Assembly (NCBI GenBank): GCA_964486045.1
Contig: CAZALK010000002.1
Location: forward strand, 32,001-96,000
Direction of reading: 5' to 3'
Source of the DNA: an uncultured archaeon
GTDB taxonomy: Archaea; Asgardarchaeota; Lokiarchaeia; Sigyniarchaeales; SOKP01
DNA length: 64,000 nucleotides
Shown here: positions 29,295-38,506 of the stretch, piece after piece
Layout of the letters: every line of letters starts with the position of its first letter
Numbering within the stretch: position 1 is the first letter of the stretch
Notes under the pieces: generated by a model
The model's database searches: none
What the model was told of the DNA's origin: nothing
What the model saw: only the letters and a program-made list of their open reading frames with translations
Program-made: the position numbers and the translations under genes

Positions 29295-29643
29295 GATTTT
29301 GAAGATTTTGATGAACTATAATTAATATAAATTTGATTTACACTTTTTAAAATTTACTCTTTTAATTAATTTAAACTTTTTATTAAAATTTGAAACAAAA
29401 TTAGTAATATTTGTTTTTTAATGAATAAACACACTTCAAAAATGATAAAAAGGTAAAATTGTTTTTCACTGAAAATTGTTGAATTGTTCTAAGTATTAAC
29501 ATCACTTCGATTGGTTTTAAATTGCAATATTAAGCTAGAACATGTTTAAAAGCGAAAACAAATTCCAACAAATTTTTACAAGTATTCGTGTAAGCAAAAT
29601 ATAATGGATTCTTTTTTATATAAAAGTTTCTAATAATGTTACA

Positions 29644-30207
29644 ATGTCTTTAGATCAGATTGATAAACAGATTATTGATGCTTTATTTAAAAATGGGCGG
29701 GAAAGCTTAGCAAACTTATCAAAAGTAGTAATTAAGGCTCATAACGAAACCATGAGCCATACAGGAATCGCTAAGCGGATTACAAAATTAGAAAGTTCCG
29801 ATATTCTTAAAATTCAAGCAAATATTAGTGTGAAGAATTTAGAATTCAAAGCAGCATTCATATTAATGGAAATGAAAAATTTTGATGATGTGAAGAAAAT
29901 AATTGAAGCATATGAAGAGTGTCCTAGAGTTTTTCTGTTAGCCCCAGTAAATGGACAATACAATTTGATTTTTGGAGTAATGGGACGAAATAATGATGTT
30001 TTGCGAAGATATATTAATTTGTGCGGTCCAACTAACAAACCGGGAATGTTACACTCAACTATTTTATTCACATCTAATTTTCTGACGCCAAAACATCTTC
30101 CTCTTAATCTATTTAGTGAAGTTAGTAAAGAACATAAATGTAAAAATATATGTAAAGGGTGCCAAGCTTTTTTTGATGGTGATTGTCAAGGATGTGGAAA
30201 CTTTTAA
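29644..30207 (+). CDS. Lrp/AsnC-like regulator with Cys-rich C-terminus (paralog 2)
   Basis: Collinear with 28731..29294 (both 187 aa); CKNICKGC-x7-CQGC. Confidence 0.85.
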   Translation: MSLDQIDKQIIDALFKNGRESLANLSKVVIKAHNETMSHTGIAKRITKLESSDILKIQANISVKNLEFKAAFILMEMKNFDDVKKIIEAYEECPRVFLLAPVNGQYNLIFGVMGRNNDVLRRYINLCGPTNKPGMLHSTILFTSNFLTPKHLPLNLFSEVSKEHKCKNICKGCQAFFDGDCQGCGNF

Positions 30208-30319
30208 TAATATTACATTGTTTAAACCAACAATATTTTGTAAACATTAAAACAAGTTCTTTGATTAATTAAATTAATTTAGTTTTCAAATTAAAAGTTG
30301 TCATTAAAGGACCTATATC

Positions 30320-30577
30320 ATGAATGTAAATGATATGTATTCATTAAAAGATTATTCAAGTCATAAAAAATTAATGTCATTACCCCCTTCCTGTAAATTT
30401 ATATTGTATCTACTAAAACGGAAAGGTCCTTTGAATCAACAGGAATTAATAAAAAAATCACTTCTTCCAAAAAGAACGGTTGTTTATTCATTAAAAAAAC
30501 TAAATGAAAGAGAATTTATACGAAAGTATGCTGATGGTAATGATAAACGGATTAGATTCTATGAAACTCTGATATAA
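30320..30577 (+). CDS. Small MarR-like winged-helix protein
   Basis: LPPSCKFILYLL...LPKRTVVYSLKKL...DKRIRFY. Confidence 0.8.
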   Translation: MNVNDMYSLKDYSSHKKLMSLPPSCKFILYLLKRKGPLNQQELIKKSLLPKRTVVYSLKKLNEREFIRKYADGNDKRIRFYETLI

Positions 30578-30679
30578 GATATGAATACCTCAAACTAATA
30601 AGTAAAAAATGTAATTTAAAAGACCTTTTCCCATAAAATGGAGAAATTAGAGTGTGATTCAGGATTATACTGATTTCAT

Positions 30680-31072
30680 AAACTTTTAAACAATCTTAAA
30701 AATTTAAAGAATTTATAAGTATGACCCATATATTCCTTAATAAGGATAGAAAATCTCGAAACATTAACCAGTTTAGAATGGTTAGTCATTACTGGTGGTG
30801 AATGGCTTGAGAAGATTGAAAAGATTGAAAACTTCAACAACTTAAGACATTTGGATGTGAACGAGAATGCATTAACTGAATTTAAGGGACTTAACTTAAA
30901 AATTTAGAGATTTTAAAATGCGATAGGAATAATATTACAGAAATAAAACCGCTTCGATTTCGAAGCGGTTGAAAATTTACCTAAACTAAAAGAGCTAAGA
31001 TTATCCAGAAATCTCCTTAGCTATGATTCAGTTAAAATCATTGGAAGCACCACCTTTAAAATAGAGTATTGA
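30680..31072 (+). pseudogene. Frameshifted leucine-rich-repeat gene remnant
   Basis: Successive frames read IENLETLTSLEWLVI, IENFNNLRHLDVNENALTEF, NLEILKCDRNNITEI and VENLPKLKELRLSRNLL, separated by stops and frameshifts. Confidence 0.75.
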
Positions 31073-31151
31073 GATTTTCCTACCCTTGAAGACTTCCATC
31101 TGTTTACGTTTGATTTATGTATAAATTTACTTCCTGCTAACTTTAATAATT

Positions 31152-31366
31152 TATCGAAATAGATCAGGAAATTTTGGAATGTTATCGAATTTGATCATTA
31201 GATTTAGTATAGTATTGAAATAAATCATTTTTTTAAAAATAAGTATTAACTTAGATCATTTTGAATAAAGAGTCAAAAGAACCAAAACTCAAATAAATTA
31301 TTCAAATTTTAATCAGTTATTAAGATGGATCATAATTTCAGAAAAAAATATATGATATGGATCATA
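31152..31366. promoter_or_regulatory. Array of six degenerate 17-bp operator-like boxes (consensus about TATTGAAWTAGATCATT), phased at 30-32 bp
   Basis: Boxes start at 31152, 31183, 31213, 31244, 31318 and 31350. The last contains the palindrome TATGAT-N4-ATCATA. Confidence 0.6.
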
Positions 31367-31618
31367 TAACTATGAAAACATACCTTTTTAATATAAAAAT
31401 TGTCGGAAATAGTAAAATTAGTTGATAAAAACAGCTCAGTTTGATGTTTGAATTCATTAATGATTTTCGTCAACTATTTCAGTTTAAGACAATTTTTCAA
31501 GCAAATGTTTTAGATCTCTACTTTGTTTAAGCCTAATAGTTCAATTAAAGACTTGGTAAATTTTAAAAAGCATAAACAACATATAAAAGTTAAGAATTTA
31601 ATGTATTTTGTAAAATTG

Positions 31619-31648
31619 TAAAATTAAACCAAAAATTTATTAATAAAA
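31619..31648 (+). promoter_or_regulatory. Putative BRE/TATA promoter, shared with 36394..36420
   Basis: TAAAATTAAACCAAAAATTTATTAATAAAA versus TAAAATTGAACCAAATTTTTAATAAAA. Confidence 0.5.
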
Positions 31649-31717
31649 TTAAAGACTAAAAATACGATTTATTCTTACAGAAATTTACTAAAAAATAAAA
31701 AAAGAGTTAAAGACAAA

Positions 31718-32857
31718 ATGAAGAACAAAAAATTTAGCGCTATATTACTAGCCGTTATTGGCTTATCAATAGTTCTTTTCGTAGCAAAGATACCCCTCGT
31801 TGGAGCAACCTCAGCTGATCTTAACGCACCTGTTGTCACTGGAGCAATTACGGTTGATGGTATGGAAAACGAAGCGTTCTGGGCTGACGCTAACAGCCAA
31901 ACATTCTCGACTACACAAACTCCTGGTGCTGCCACTGTACCAGCAAGTCAACGATTTGTAACGGTAAAAGCTGTAATAACTGATACAGAAATTAGAATTT
32001 TATTTACATGGGAGGACCCAGACGCAAATAATACTGGGGTTGGTAGTGAAGATCGACTTGCTATAATGATTCTTTATCAAGATGCAAATGCTATGGCTGC
32101 ACCATGCATGAACCCAGCTTCGAATGGAGCGACTACTAGCGGTACAGTAGACCAATGGCATTGGAAAGCCGCAAGGACGGATTCTGGTGGGGGAAAATAT
32201 TCAGTGGTAAGCAGAGGAGGAATAAAATTCAATTTAACTAGTGGTAATGCTACCTATGAAAGTTTAGAATCTTCCAAAGGTTGGTTTGATTTCACAGCTA
32301 ACCCTATTCCTACCGGAAACCCTCAAGTTGGAGATGTTGTTTATACAAATGGATCTGATGGTTCTTTTCTAATTGCTAATTCAACAGGTGCTACGAAATT
32401 AGATCTCACTCCACATGATAATTCTTTTGCTGAAAATGAATTTATTGATACGACTTCTCGAAGGAGGTCTGGTGATAGTGAATATACTGCTTTTGGTATC
32501 TTACCTACAGCTCTTAGTCCTGAGAGTCGTTATCTTGTTAAAGCTAAGGCCAATCATGCATCAGGTAATTGGACATTGGAGATGGTTAGAACCTTAGCAG
32601 TCGTCAATCCTGGTGCGGATAAACCAATGATTAGTGGAGAACTTATAAAGTTTGCAGTTGCTGTCTATGACGGTGGTGTCGGTCATAACGAACACGAAAA
32701 ATACATTACAAATGCATGGAAGACTTTACAATTAGGTCCAGTTCCAGTTATTACTCCCATTCCAGGATATCCATTGATGATGGTTGGATTAATAACCATT
32801 GCATCAGTAGGTATTCTATTCATTATCGCAAAAAAATCGAAAATTATCAGAAATTAA
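31718..32857 (+). CDS. Surface DOMON-like haem-binding protein (ethylbenzene dehydrogenase gamma / EB_dh-like) with IPGY-TM anchor
   Basis: Signal peptide; VDG..NEAFW, FTWED, EDRLAI, DQWHWKAAR, WTLEMVR.L and FAVAVYD motifs; PIPGY-TM-KKSK tail. Confidence 0.75.
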   Translation: MKNKKFSAILLAVIGLSIVLFVAKIPLVGATSADLNAPVVTGAITVDGMENEAFWADANSQTFSTTQTPGAATVPASQRFVTVKAVITDTEIRILFTWEDPDANNTGVGSEDRLAIMILYQDANAMAAPCMNPASNGATTSGTVDQWHWKAARTDSGGGKYSVVSRGGIKFNLTSGNATYESLESSKGWFDFTANPIPTGNPQVGDVVYTNGSDGSFLIANSTGATKLDLTPHDNSFAENEFIDTTSRRRSGDSEYTAFGILPTALSPESRYLVKAKANHASGNWTLEMVRTLAVVNPGADKPMISGELIKFAVAVYDGGVGHNEHEKYITNAWKTLQLGPVPVITPIPGYPLMMVGLITIASVGILFIIAKKSKIIRN

Positions 32858-32983
32858 AAATTTATTTTTAATTAAATGTATAATCCAAAATCTTATTTTT
32901 TTATTTTTTAATTTAACACCCAATTTAATAATGCCAACGAACTTTATATTTTATGGAACCATAGCTAAAAAACGCATCTTATT

Positions 32984-34033
32984 ATGACAACACGAGCAAG
33001 AAATGAGTCAAATGAAATTTATTATCAAATACAAAAAGTATATATGTTGTCTCTTCTGATAGAGCTAATAATTGCAAGGATCTTCTTTAGATTTGGGATG
33101 ATTTTTCTTCCGATGGGTGTTTACAACGCCATTTATTACATCGGAGTTATTGCAAGATATGTGGTCGTTTTTTTGAATTTCATACTCCTTGGATTGATTA
33201 TATATCGGGGAGCAATGTTGCTTTTTCTTAATTTTTCATTCCCAGTAGTAATCCCGGTAATAGGGCTATCCTTTGTGTTCTCCTTTTTTCTAAGCAGTTA
33301 TGCTTTTTATACTCTTAATCTTCCATTCCCAGTATTAATCCAGGTAATAAATCTGGTCGTAATTGGTTTTTCTTTAAATTATCTTATAATTCGAAATATA
33401 TTGAGAAAGGAGTTTGCAAAAGAGAAAATAATTTTCCCATTTTTAATAATACTTGTAATTACTTTGAACCTCGCTCTTATTCATCAAATTTTTTTCTCTT
33501 TAAATTCCATTTTTGAGATTCCTTATGCTTTTCATGGTTTCATGTTTGGTATTGCGCAATTAATGTCAGTTTTTGTAATTGCTCCACTTTTTTTTGCTTT
33601 ACCCTTCCTTTTTAGGGAAAAAATTGAGATAAAAGGATTTTTAAAAAAAATACCAATAATCCTAATTTGCGGTGCTGTTATCATAATTCTAGGCTTCATT
33701 AATTCACCCATCGTAATGGGTGAAACGGGTAATATGACTCCACCTATAATTTTTGGTTTGATGGTAGTTTTCGTTTCAGGGTATTATGAGATACAAGCTA
33801 GCTTACTACTCATAAACTGGTCTATCATAGTTCTTGGCTTATTTGCTCTTGGTGGTTACTTTTTATGGATTCTGGGAAAGTCAAAGAAAAATCAGACAAT
33901 GAAGCAGTATAGTTACGGAATGTTTGTTATTTTCTGTACAGCTTTTCTTTTTGTTGAGGCTTCAGATTCTTACTTTCTTATGGTACTTTTGAATGGTTTC
34001 CTTATTTTAACTTGGAGAGGCTCAGAATTCTAA
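32984..34033 (+). CDS. Polytopic membrane protein (~10 TM) of unknown function
   Basis: Continuous hydrophobic helices; no recognised family motif. Confidence 0.75.
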   Translation: MTTRARNESNEIYYQIQKVYMLSLLIELIIARIFFRFGMIFLPMGVYNAIYYIGVIARYVVVFLNFILLGLIIYRGAMLLFLNFSFPVVIPVIGLSFVFSFFLSSYAFYTLNLPFPVLIQVINLVVIGFSLNYLIIRNILRKEFAKEKIIFPFLIILVITLNLALIHQIFFSLNSIFEIPYAFHGFMFGIAQLMSVFVIAPLFFALPFLFREKIEIKGFLKKIPIILICGAVIIILGFINSPIVMGETGNMTPPIIFGLMVVFVSGYYEIQASLLLINWSIIVLGLFALGGYFLWILGKSKKNQTMKQYSYGMFVIFCTAFLFVEASDSYFLMVLLNGFLILTWRGSEF

Positions 34034-34484
34034 TAAACTTTTATTTATTACTGTTTGCAGCATTTTTGCGATCTGCTCTTTTAAAGTTGAAAATTCATAA
34101 GGATTTGAAAAAAAAATATTACTGCTCTTACATTTCTTAAAATATAAGTTTTTCTATTATCTTTCTCTCTAAAATAACTTAATAACCGTTATAGCTAATT
34201 CATTTAAAAAGTTTAAAACAGAGTCGAATTGAGCACATAATTATTTATCTTGATTATTTTTATTGATTTTCTTCAAATAATAGCACAATTTCAGAAAATC
34301 ATTTGTTCCAAAATTTTTATTGAAACCTTACATTATGAAAGAAAAATGTTATCCATTTGAGTCAAAATAAGGATAAAACATTTCAGATCTTGATAAAATA
34401 AATTTAAATATTACTCTTTTCTTTAATCTAATATTCTTGGTGATTTTTCGAATCATCGAGTATTTTATCAAAAAATTAATATAG

Positions 34485-35732
34485 TTGACAAAAATGAATA
34501 AAAAATCTAAAAAAGCAATAATGATTTCACTTGTGATCCTCTTGCCAATTGGGCTTATGATATCAAGCGTCTCCTCAAATTTGCAAGTAAGCGCAGCCGA
34601 TACCTTTAGACCCACTTTTTCCAGTAGTGAGTTAATACTTGATGGGCAAGGAAACGAAGCTGCTTGGACATCTGCAACTCCTTTGGTTATTACTACTACA
34701 GGAGGAACTACTACCCTCACTGCTATAACCTTAAAAGCGGTATATACAAGTGCAAACATCTATATATTGGCATCTTGGGCAGATTCTACATTCAGTATAA
34801 CACGAGATAAATATAATGTTACAGGCGGAGTTTTTGATACAGGTTTAGCAGGGAGTAATTCTGAGGACAGAATTGCCCTTTCATGGGAAATCGGGACAAT
34901 AGCAGGTTTTACCTCAAGTGGATGTGCTACATTTTGCCATTCTTTAGTTGGGAATGTTAATTTCACTAACTCTGGTGAGGTAGCTGATATGTGGCACATA
35001 AAAGCAGCAAGAGGTGGTGGTGCAACTAGCGCAACAATCGATGCCGCTCTTACAATTGATCCTGCGAGTTACGAAGCAACAGCAGGAACTATAACTTTGA
35101 ACGGGTATGCTGATGATAAACATGTAGATACTGTCACAAGACAAAGCGACGCTGGAACAAGCGTATATAGTGATAATACCAATGGGACTCATGCTGCGTG
35201 GATCGAAGCAAATCCAACAGATTGGATAGATGCAATGATATTAACTCAATCTGAAATTGATGGTGGACAAACTATTAACATTACTGAAGCTTTAACAAAT
35301 AGTTGGGCAAACTTAACTTGGGCAGTTAATAATTATACCGCGTTAGATGCTAACGTTCCTAGACATATATTAACTCCTCCCACCGGTAGCCGTGGTGATA
35401 TTGAAGTTTCAATGAGATGGGCAGATGGAATTTGGACAGTCGAGATAAAAAGAGCTCTTGATACTGGGAATGCAGCAGATGATGTTGCATTTACTGACAC
35501 ATCCGCAGGAATGTATCACTTCAGCGTTGCCTTAATGGATAATGAAGGGCAAGGTAAAAGTGGAATTCTTACTCATAGCAAATACACAGGTCCAATTGCA
35601 TTAACATTCGGTGCAGCACCAGGTACCCCTCCAGCAGCTATTCCAGGATTTAATTTAATATTAATAGTTGGAATCACTTTTGCAATCTCAGTAGTTACAA
35701 TTAAGCTAAGGAAATCAAGAATGAATAAATAA
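34485..35732 (+). CDS. Surface EB_dh/DOMON-like haem protein with CxxxCH and IPGF-TM anchor
   Basis: LDG..NEAAW, EDRIAL, GCATFCH (34923-34940), DMWHIKAAR and WTVEIKRAL; AIPGF-TM-basic tail. The start may be ATG at 34494. Confidence 0.78.
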   Translation: MTKMNKKSKKAIMISLVILLPIGLMISSVSSNLQVSAADTFRPTFSSSELILDGQGNEAAWTSATPLVITTTGGTTTLTAITLKAVYTSANIYILASWADSTFSITRDKYNVTGGVFDTGLAGSNSEDRIALSWEIGTIAGFTSSGCATFCHSLVGNVNFTNSGEVADMWHIKAARGGGATSATIDAALTIDPASYEATAGTITLNGYADDKHVDTVTRQSDAGTSVYSDNTNGTHAAWIEANPTDWIDAMILTQSEIDGGQTINITEALTNSWANLTWAVNNYTALDANVPRHILTPPTGSRGDIEVSMRWADGIWTVEIKRALDTGNAADDVAFTDTSAGMYHFSVALMDNEGQGKSGILTHSKYTGPIALTFGAAPGTPPAAIPGFNLILIVGITFAISVVTIKLRKSRMNK

Positions 35733-35749
35733 GAATTTTTTAAAATCCC

Positions 35750-35760
35750 ATTTTTTTTTT
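35750..35760 (+). terminator. Oligo-T archaeal terminator
   Basis: T10 run about 20 nt after the stop codon. Confidence 0.45.
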
Positions 35761-35774
35761 AAATATTTTCCTTT

Positions 35775-35930
35775 AACCTTGTGCTAATTCATCAAATATT
35801 TTTCACTTTGATCCCGTATTTGATATACGTTATAGTTTTAATGGTGTTAAGTTTGGTATTGCAAAGATAGAGTCAATTTTTTTAATTGCTCCACTTTTTT
35901 TTATCTTATCCTTTTCTTATAGCATAAAAA
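35775..35930 (+). pseudogene. Decayed internal fragment of the membrane-protein gene 32984..34033
   Basis: Aligns by eye with about 33467-33620 (attcatcaaat, gtttggtattgc, taattgctccactttttttt), with indels. Confidence 0.8.
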
Positions 35931-36393
35931 AGTATTACTAAACCTATATTTCTGAAAAATTTTATCAAATTATTTTTTCTAATTTAATTTTATTTAATAT
36001 TAGGGATTAGCTAATTTACTTTTTATTAAAATATTAACATATTTCTCTCTTTTTGAAACTAAATTCCTAAGTTTAGTTTATAACTAGATCACAATAACAT
36101 TAATGTAAAAAAAGGTTTCTGAAATTATCAAAAAAGAACATATAATTATTTGAGATTTTTGAATCTGATCATTTAACTAAAGTAAATTATCATTTCTATA
36201 AATATTTCTATTCAAAATTGGCGAAACAAACTTTTGATAATGTTCAATTTTATGATCGAATTTATTAAAGTCCTATTTTCGGTGTTTTAAATTGGGACTT
36301 CTAGAAGTAGAATATCGGGAATTGAAACAATTTATACTTTAATTGTTTAGATTCTCCAAGTTTAGAAATCCTTAAAATATAAGTTACTTTTAC

Positions 36394-36420
36394 TAAAATT
36401 GAACCAAATTTTTAATAAAA
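36394..36420 (+). promoter_or_regulatory. Putative BRE/TATA promoter, shared with 31619..31648
   Basis: Near-identical to the element upstream of 31718. Confidence 0.5.
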
Positions 36421-36456
36421 ACAATTTAAAATCAAAAATTAAAAAGGAAATATAAT

Positions 36457-37122
36457 ATGAGAAGAAGAAATATTTTAAAACTTTCCATTATAGCAATACT
36501 CTTAGTATCGGTTATTGGAGGAGCTTCAGCCTATCATGAGTATATTTATACTTTTGAAGAAGATCACACTGCCGGTTGTCATAATGGTAACGCTAACAAT
36601 GGAGAAAGCGTAATTGGAAATTTAACGATAACGATTACTCCGAGTGGATCTTTAGAAACCCTACAAGCGTTTACTATTGATGTTGTTATAAACAATTTTA
36701 CAGAGCTTGACAATAGTGCTTATGAGAATAGAACCACCATCGGCATTTCAAAAGATCTTGGAGATAATGCTGCCTTTCTAAGAGGTGTAAGTAATAAATC
36801 TTTTTCCAGGAGAACTAAAGTTGATAAATATGGAAGTGATTTGACACCTACAACACTTGATGCTGTTGCGCCACAAACTGCAGGAGTATACGAGCTTGTT
36901 ATTACAGCTGTCGCAGCTATGAACCAATCAGATGAAAGTGGATACAATTTCACCTTTGCTAAAGGTTCTATTAGTGTGACTGTTGTAGCACCTACTGGAC
37001 CTGCCGCAGCTCCAGGAACAATTTCAGGGGGCATTCTTACAATTATTCTAGGAAGTGTTTTTACTGTCTCTACCGTTATAATACTAAAAATGAGAAAGCG
37101 ATTTAGAAAAAAAGAACTCTAA
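36457..37122 (+). CDS. Exported single-pass beta-rich protein with HTAGCH motif (candidate atypical c-type cytochrome)
   Basis: Signal peptide (ASA|Y), DHTAGCH at 36565-36582, APQTAGVYEL, C-terminal TM with basic tail; directly upstream of ccmC. Confidence 0.65.
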   Translation: MRRRNILKLSIIAILLVSVIGGASAYHEYIYTFEEDHTAGCHNGNANNGESVIGNLTITITPSGSLETLQAFTIDVVINNFTELDNSAYENRTTIGISKDLGDNAAFLRGVSNKSFSRRTKVDKYGSDLTPTTLDAVAPQTAGVYELVITAVAAMNQSDESGYNFTFAKGSISVTVVAPTGPAAAPGTISGGILTIILGSVFTVSTVIILKMRKRFRKKEL

Positions 37123-37135
37123 AATTAGTATTTTA

Positions 37136-37150
37136 ATTTTTTTTTTTTTT
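37136..37150 (+). terminator. Oligo-T archaeal terminator
   Basis: Long T run just after the stop codon. Confidence 0.45.
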
Positions 37151-37255
37151 ATTTAAGAATCTCAAATTTTAAATTGGAATGAAAAAGGTCTTAAATGTTA
37201 AAAAATTTTCAAATTTAATCAAATAGAACAAAAACAAAATTGTATTGATAAGTTA

Positions 37256-37996
37256 ATGAGTATTAATTTACCAAATTTTATTCGAACTAATGGTTTGTTA
37301 ATTATTTCATTATACATGCTATTAATTAACTTATTCTTAATTATTGGATTAAGCGTTTCTAACTTAATAATATGGGGAGAAACGGGCAGAATTGTCTATA
37401 TAGTTTTTTTTTACCATGTATCGGGAGCATGGCTTTCATATTTTTCATTTGGGGTTAGTTTAGTTTCGCATGTTTTATATTTCAAATATAGGGATTTAAA
37501 ATGGAATAGAATTGGTACAATCAGCATTATAGTTGGGATTTTTTTTATTGCTTTTGCATTAATAACAGGATCTTTATTCTACAATGCCACTTCAGGAGGA
37601 TATAATAACATTTTTTGGCAGTGGAGTGATGGAAGGCAAACTATGACCCTTGTATTGTTTCTTTCTTATTTATCATACCTTATTTTTAGAACCATGATTG
37701 AAGATAAAGATAAGAAAGCAAAATTATCATCAGCTCTAGGAATTGCATTATTTCCTACTGTTCCTCTAAGTTACATTTCAGCAATAATATTTACGAGTTT
37801 GCATCCATTGATTAATCCCAGCGCAGGTACCGAAAGTCTCGTATCATACCGTGATCCTATAAAACTTTTTATTTTAATATTTAATTTAATCGCGATTTCT
37901 ATTTTATTTGTTTATCTAGTCCAGAAATTATATAATTTAGATTTGAATAAAGAAAAATTAAATGAAATTATCCAAAGAAAACTAATGGAGGAATGA
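37256..37996 (+). CDS. ccmC: Cytochrome c maturation haem-delivery protein
   Basis: Six TM helices, FFYHVSGAW, ALITGS, variant WWD domain FWQWSDGRQT, and SLHP. Confidence 0.85.
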   Translation: MSINLPNFIRTNGLLIISLYMLLINLFLIIGLSVSNLIIWGETGRIVYIVFFYHVSGAWLSYFSFGVSLVSHVLYFKYRDLKWNRIGTISIIVGIFFIAFALITGSLFYNATSGGYNNIFWQWSDGRQTMTLVLFLSYLSYLIFRTMIEDKDKKAKLSSALGIALFPTVPLSYISAIIFTSLHPLINPSAGTESLVSYRDPIKLFILIFNLIAISILFVYLVQKLYNLDLNKEKLNEIIQRKLMEE

Positions 37997-38148
37997 GTAT
38001 CCTGTCAGTACAATTCCAAGATATCATCACAATCACTATATGTTATTCATTATTTTGGGGTGTTATTATTATCTTAATCCTATATCCTAAACTCCGACTA
38101 AGAAAAATTTTAAAAAGAATTGAAAATTTTGAAAAAAATCTAGACTGA
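37993..38148 (+). CDS. ccmD: CcmD-like small membrane protein (51 aa; not in the ORF track)
   Basis: ATGA overlap with the ccmC stop; MSILSVQFQDIITITICYSLFWGVIIILILYPKLRLRKILKRIENFEKNLD has one TM and a basic amphipathic tail; lies between ccmC and ccmE. Confidence 0.7.
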   Translation: MSILSVQFQDIITITICYSLFWGVIIILILYPKLRLRKILKRIENFEKNLD

Positions 38149-38160
38149 AGGAGGAAATAA

Positions 38161-38499
38161 ATGCATAAATCTAAGTTAATTGCGATTGGAGGAATTGTTG
38201 TCTCAATAATCGTTATTGTTTCATTGATATCAATAAACTCACGACCATATCTCCAGGTTTCTCAAGTTGTATCGAGTCCATCTCAATATAATAATAAACA
38301 AGTTCAAGTTATCGGAATAGTCCAAGGATTTTCTGGTGGAAATTTTAATTTAACCGAAAATGAGCACAGTGTATTGATTGATATGACCGGAGTTTCAATA
38401 CCAGATGAATTAGATAACGGTATACAAGTAGTAGTAACAGGTGTATTTGATTCTTCTTTAATTATAGTTGCGACTCAACTTCTTACGCAGTGTAGCTAA
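38161..38499 (+). CDS. ccmE: Haem chaperone CcmE, Cys type, ending at QCS
   Basis: N-terminal TM; YLQVSQV, QVIGIV, IPDEL..GIQVVVTG and ATQLLTQCS*; SD GGAGG upstream. Confidence 0.8.
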   Translation: MHKSKLIAIGGIVVSIIVIVSLISINSRPYLQVSQVVSSPSQYNNKQVQVIGIVQGFSGGNFNLTENEHSVLIDMTGVSIPDELDNGIQVVVTGVFDSSLIIVATQLLTQCS

Positions 38500-38506
38500 A
38501 TTTGAT

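Noticed and set aside
31152-31366. CRISPR array
   Set aside because: The repeats are short and degenerate with a ~31-bp period, spacers are only about 14 bp, and no cas genes are present.
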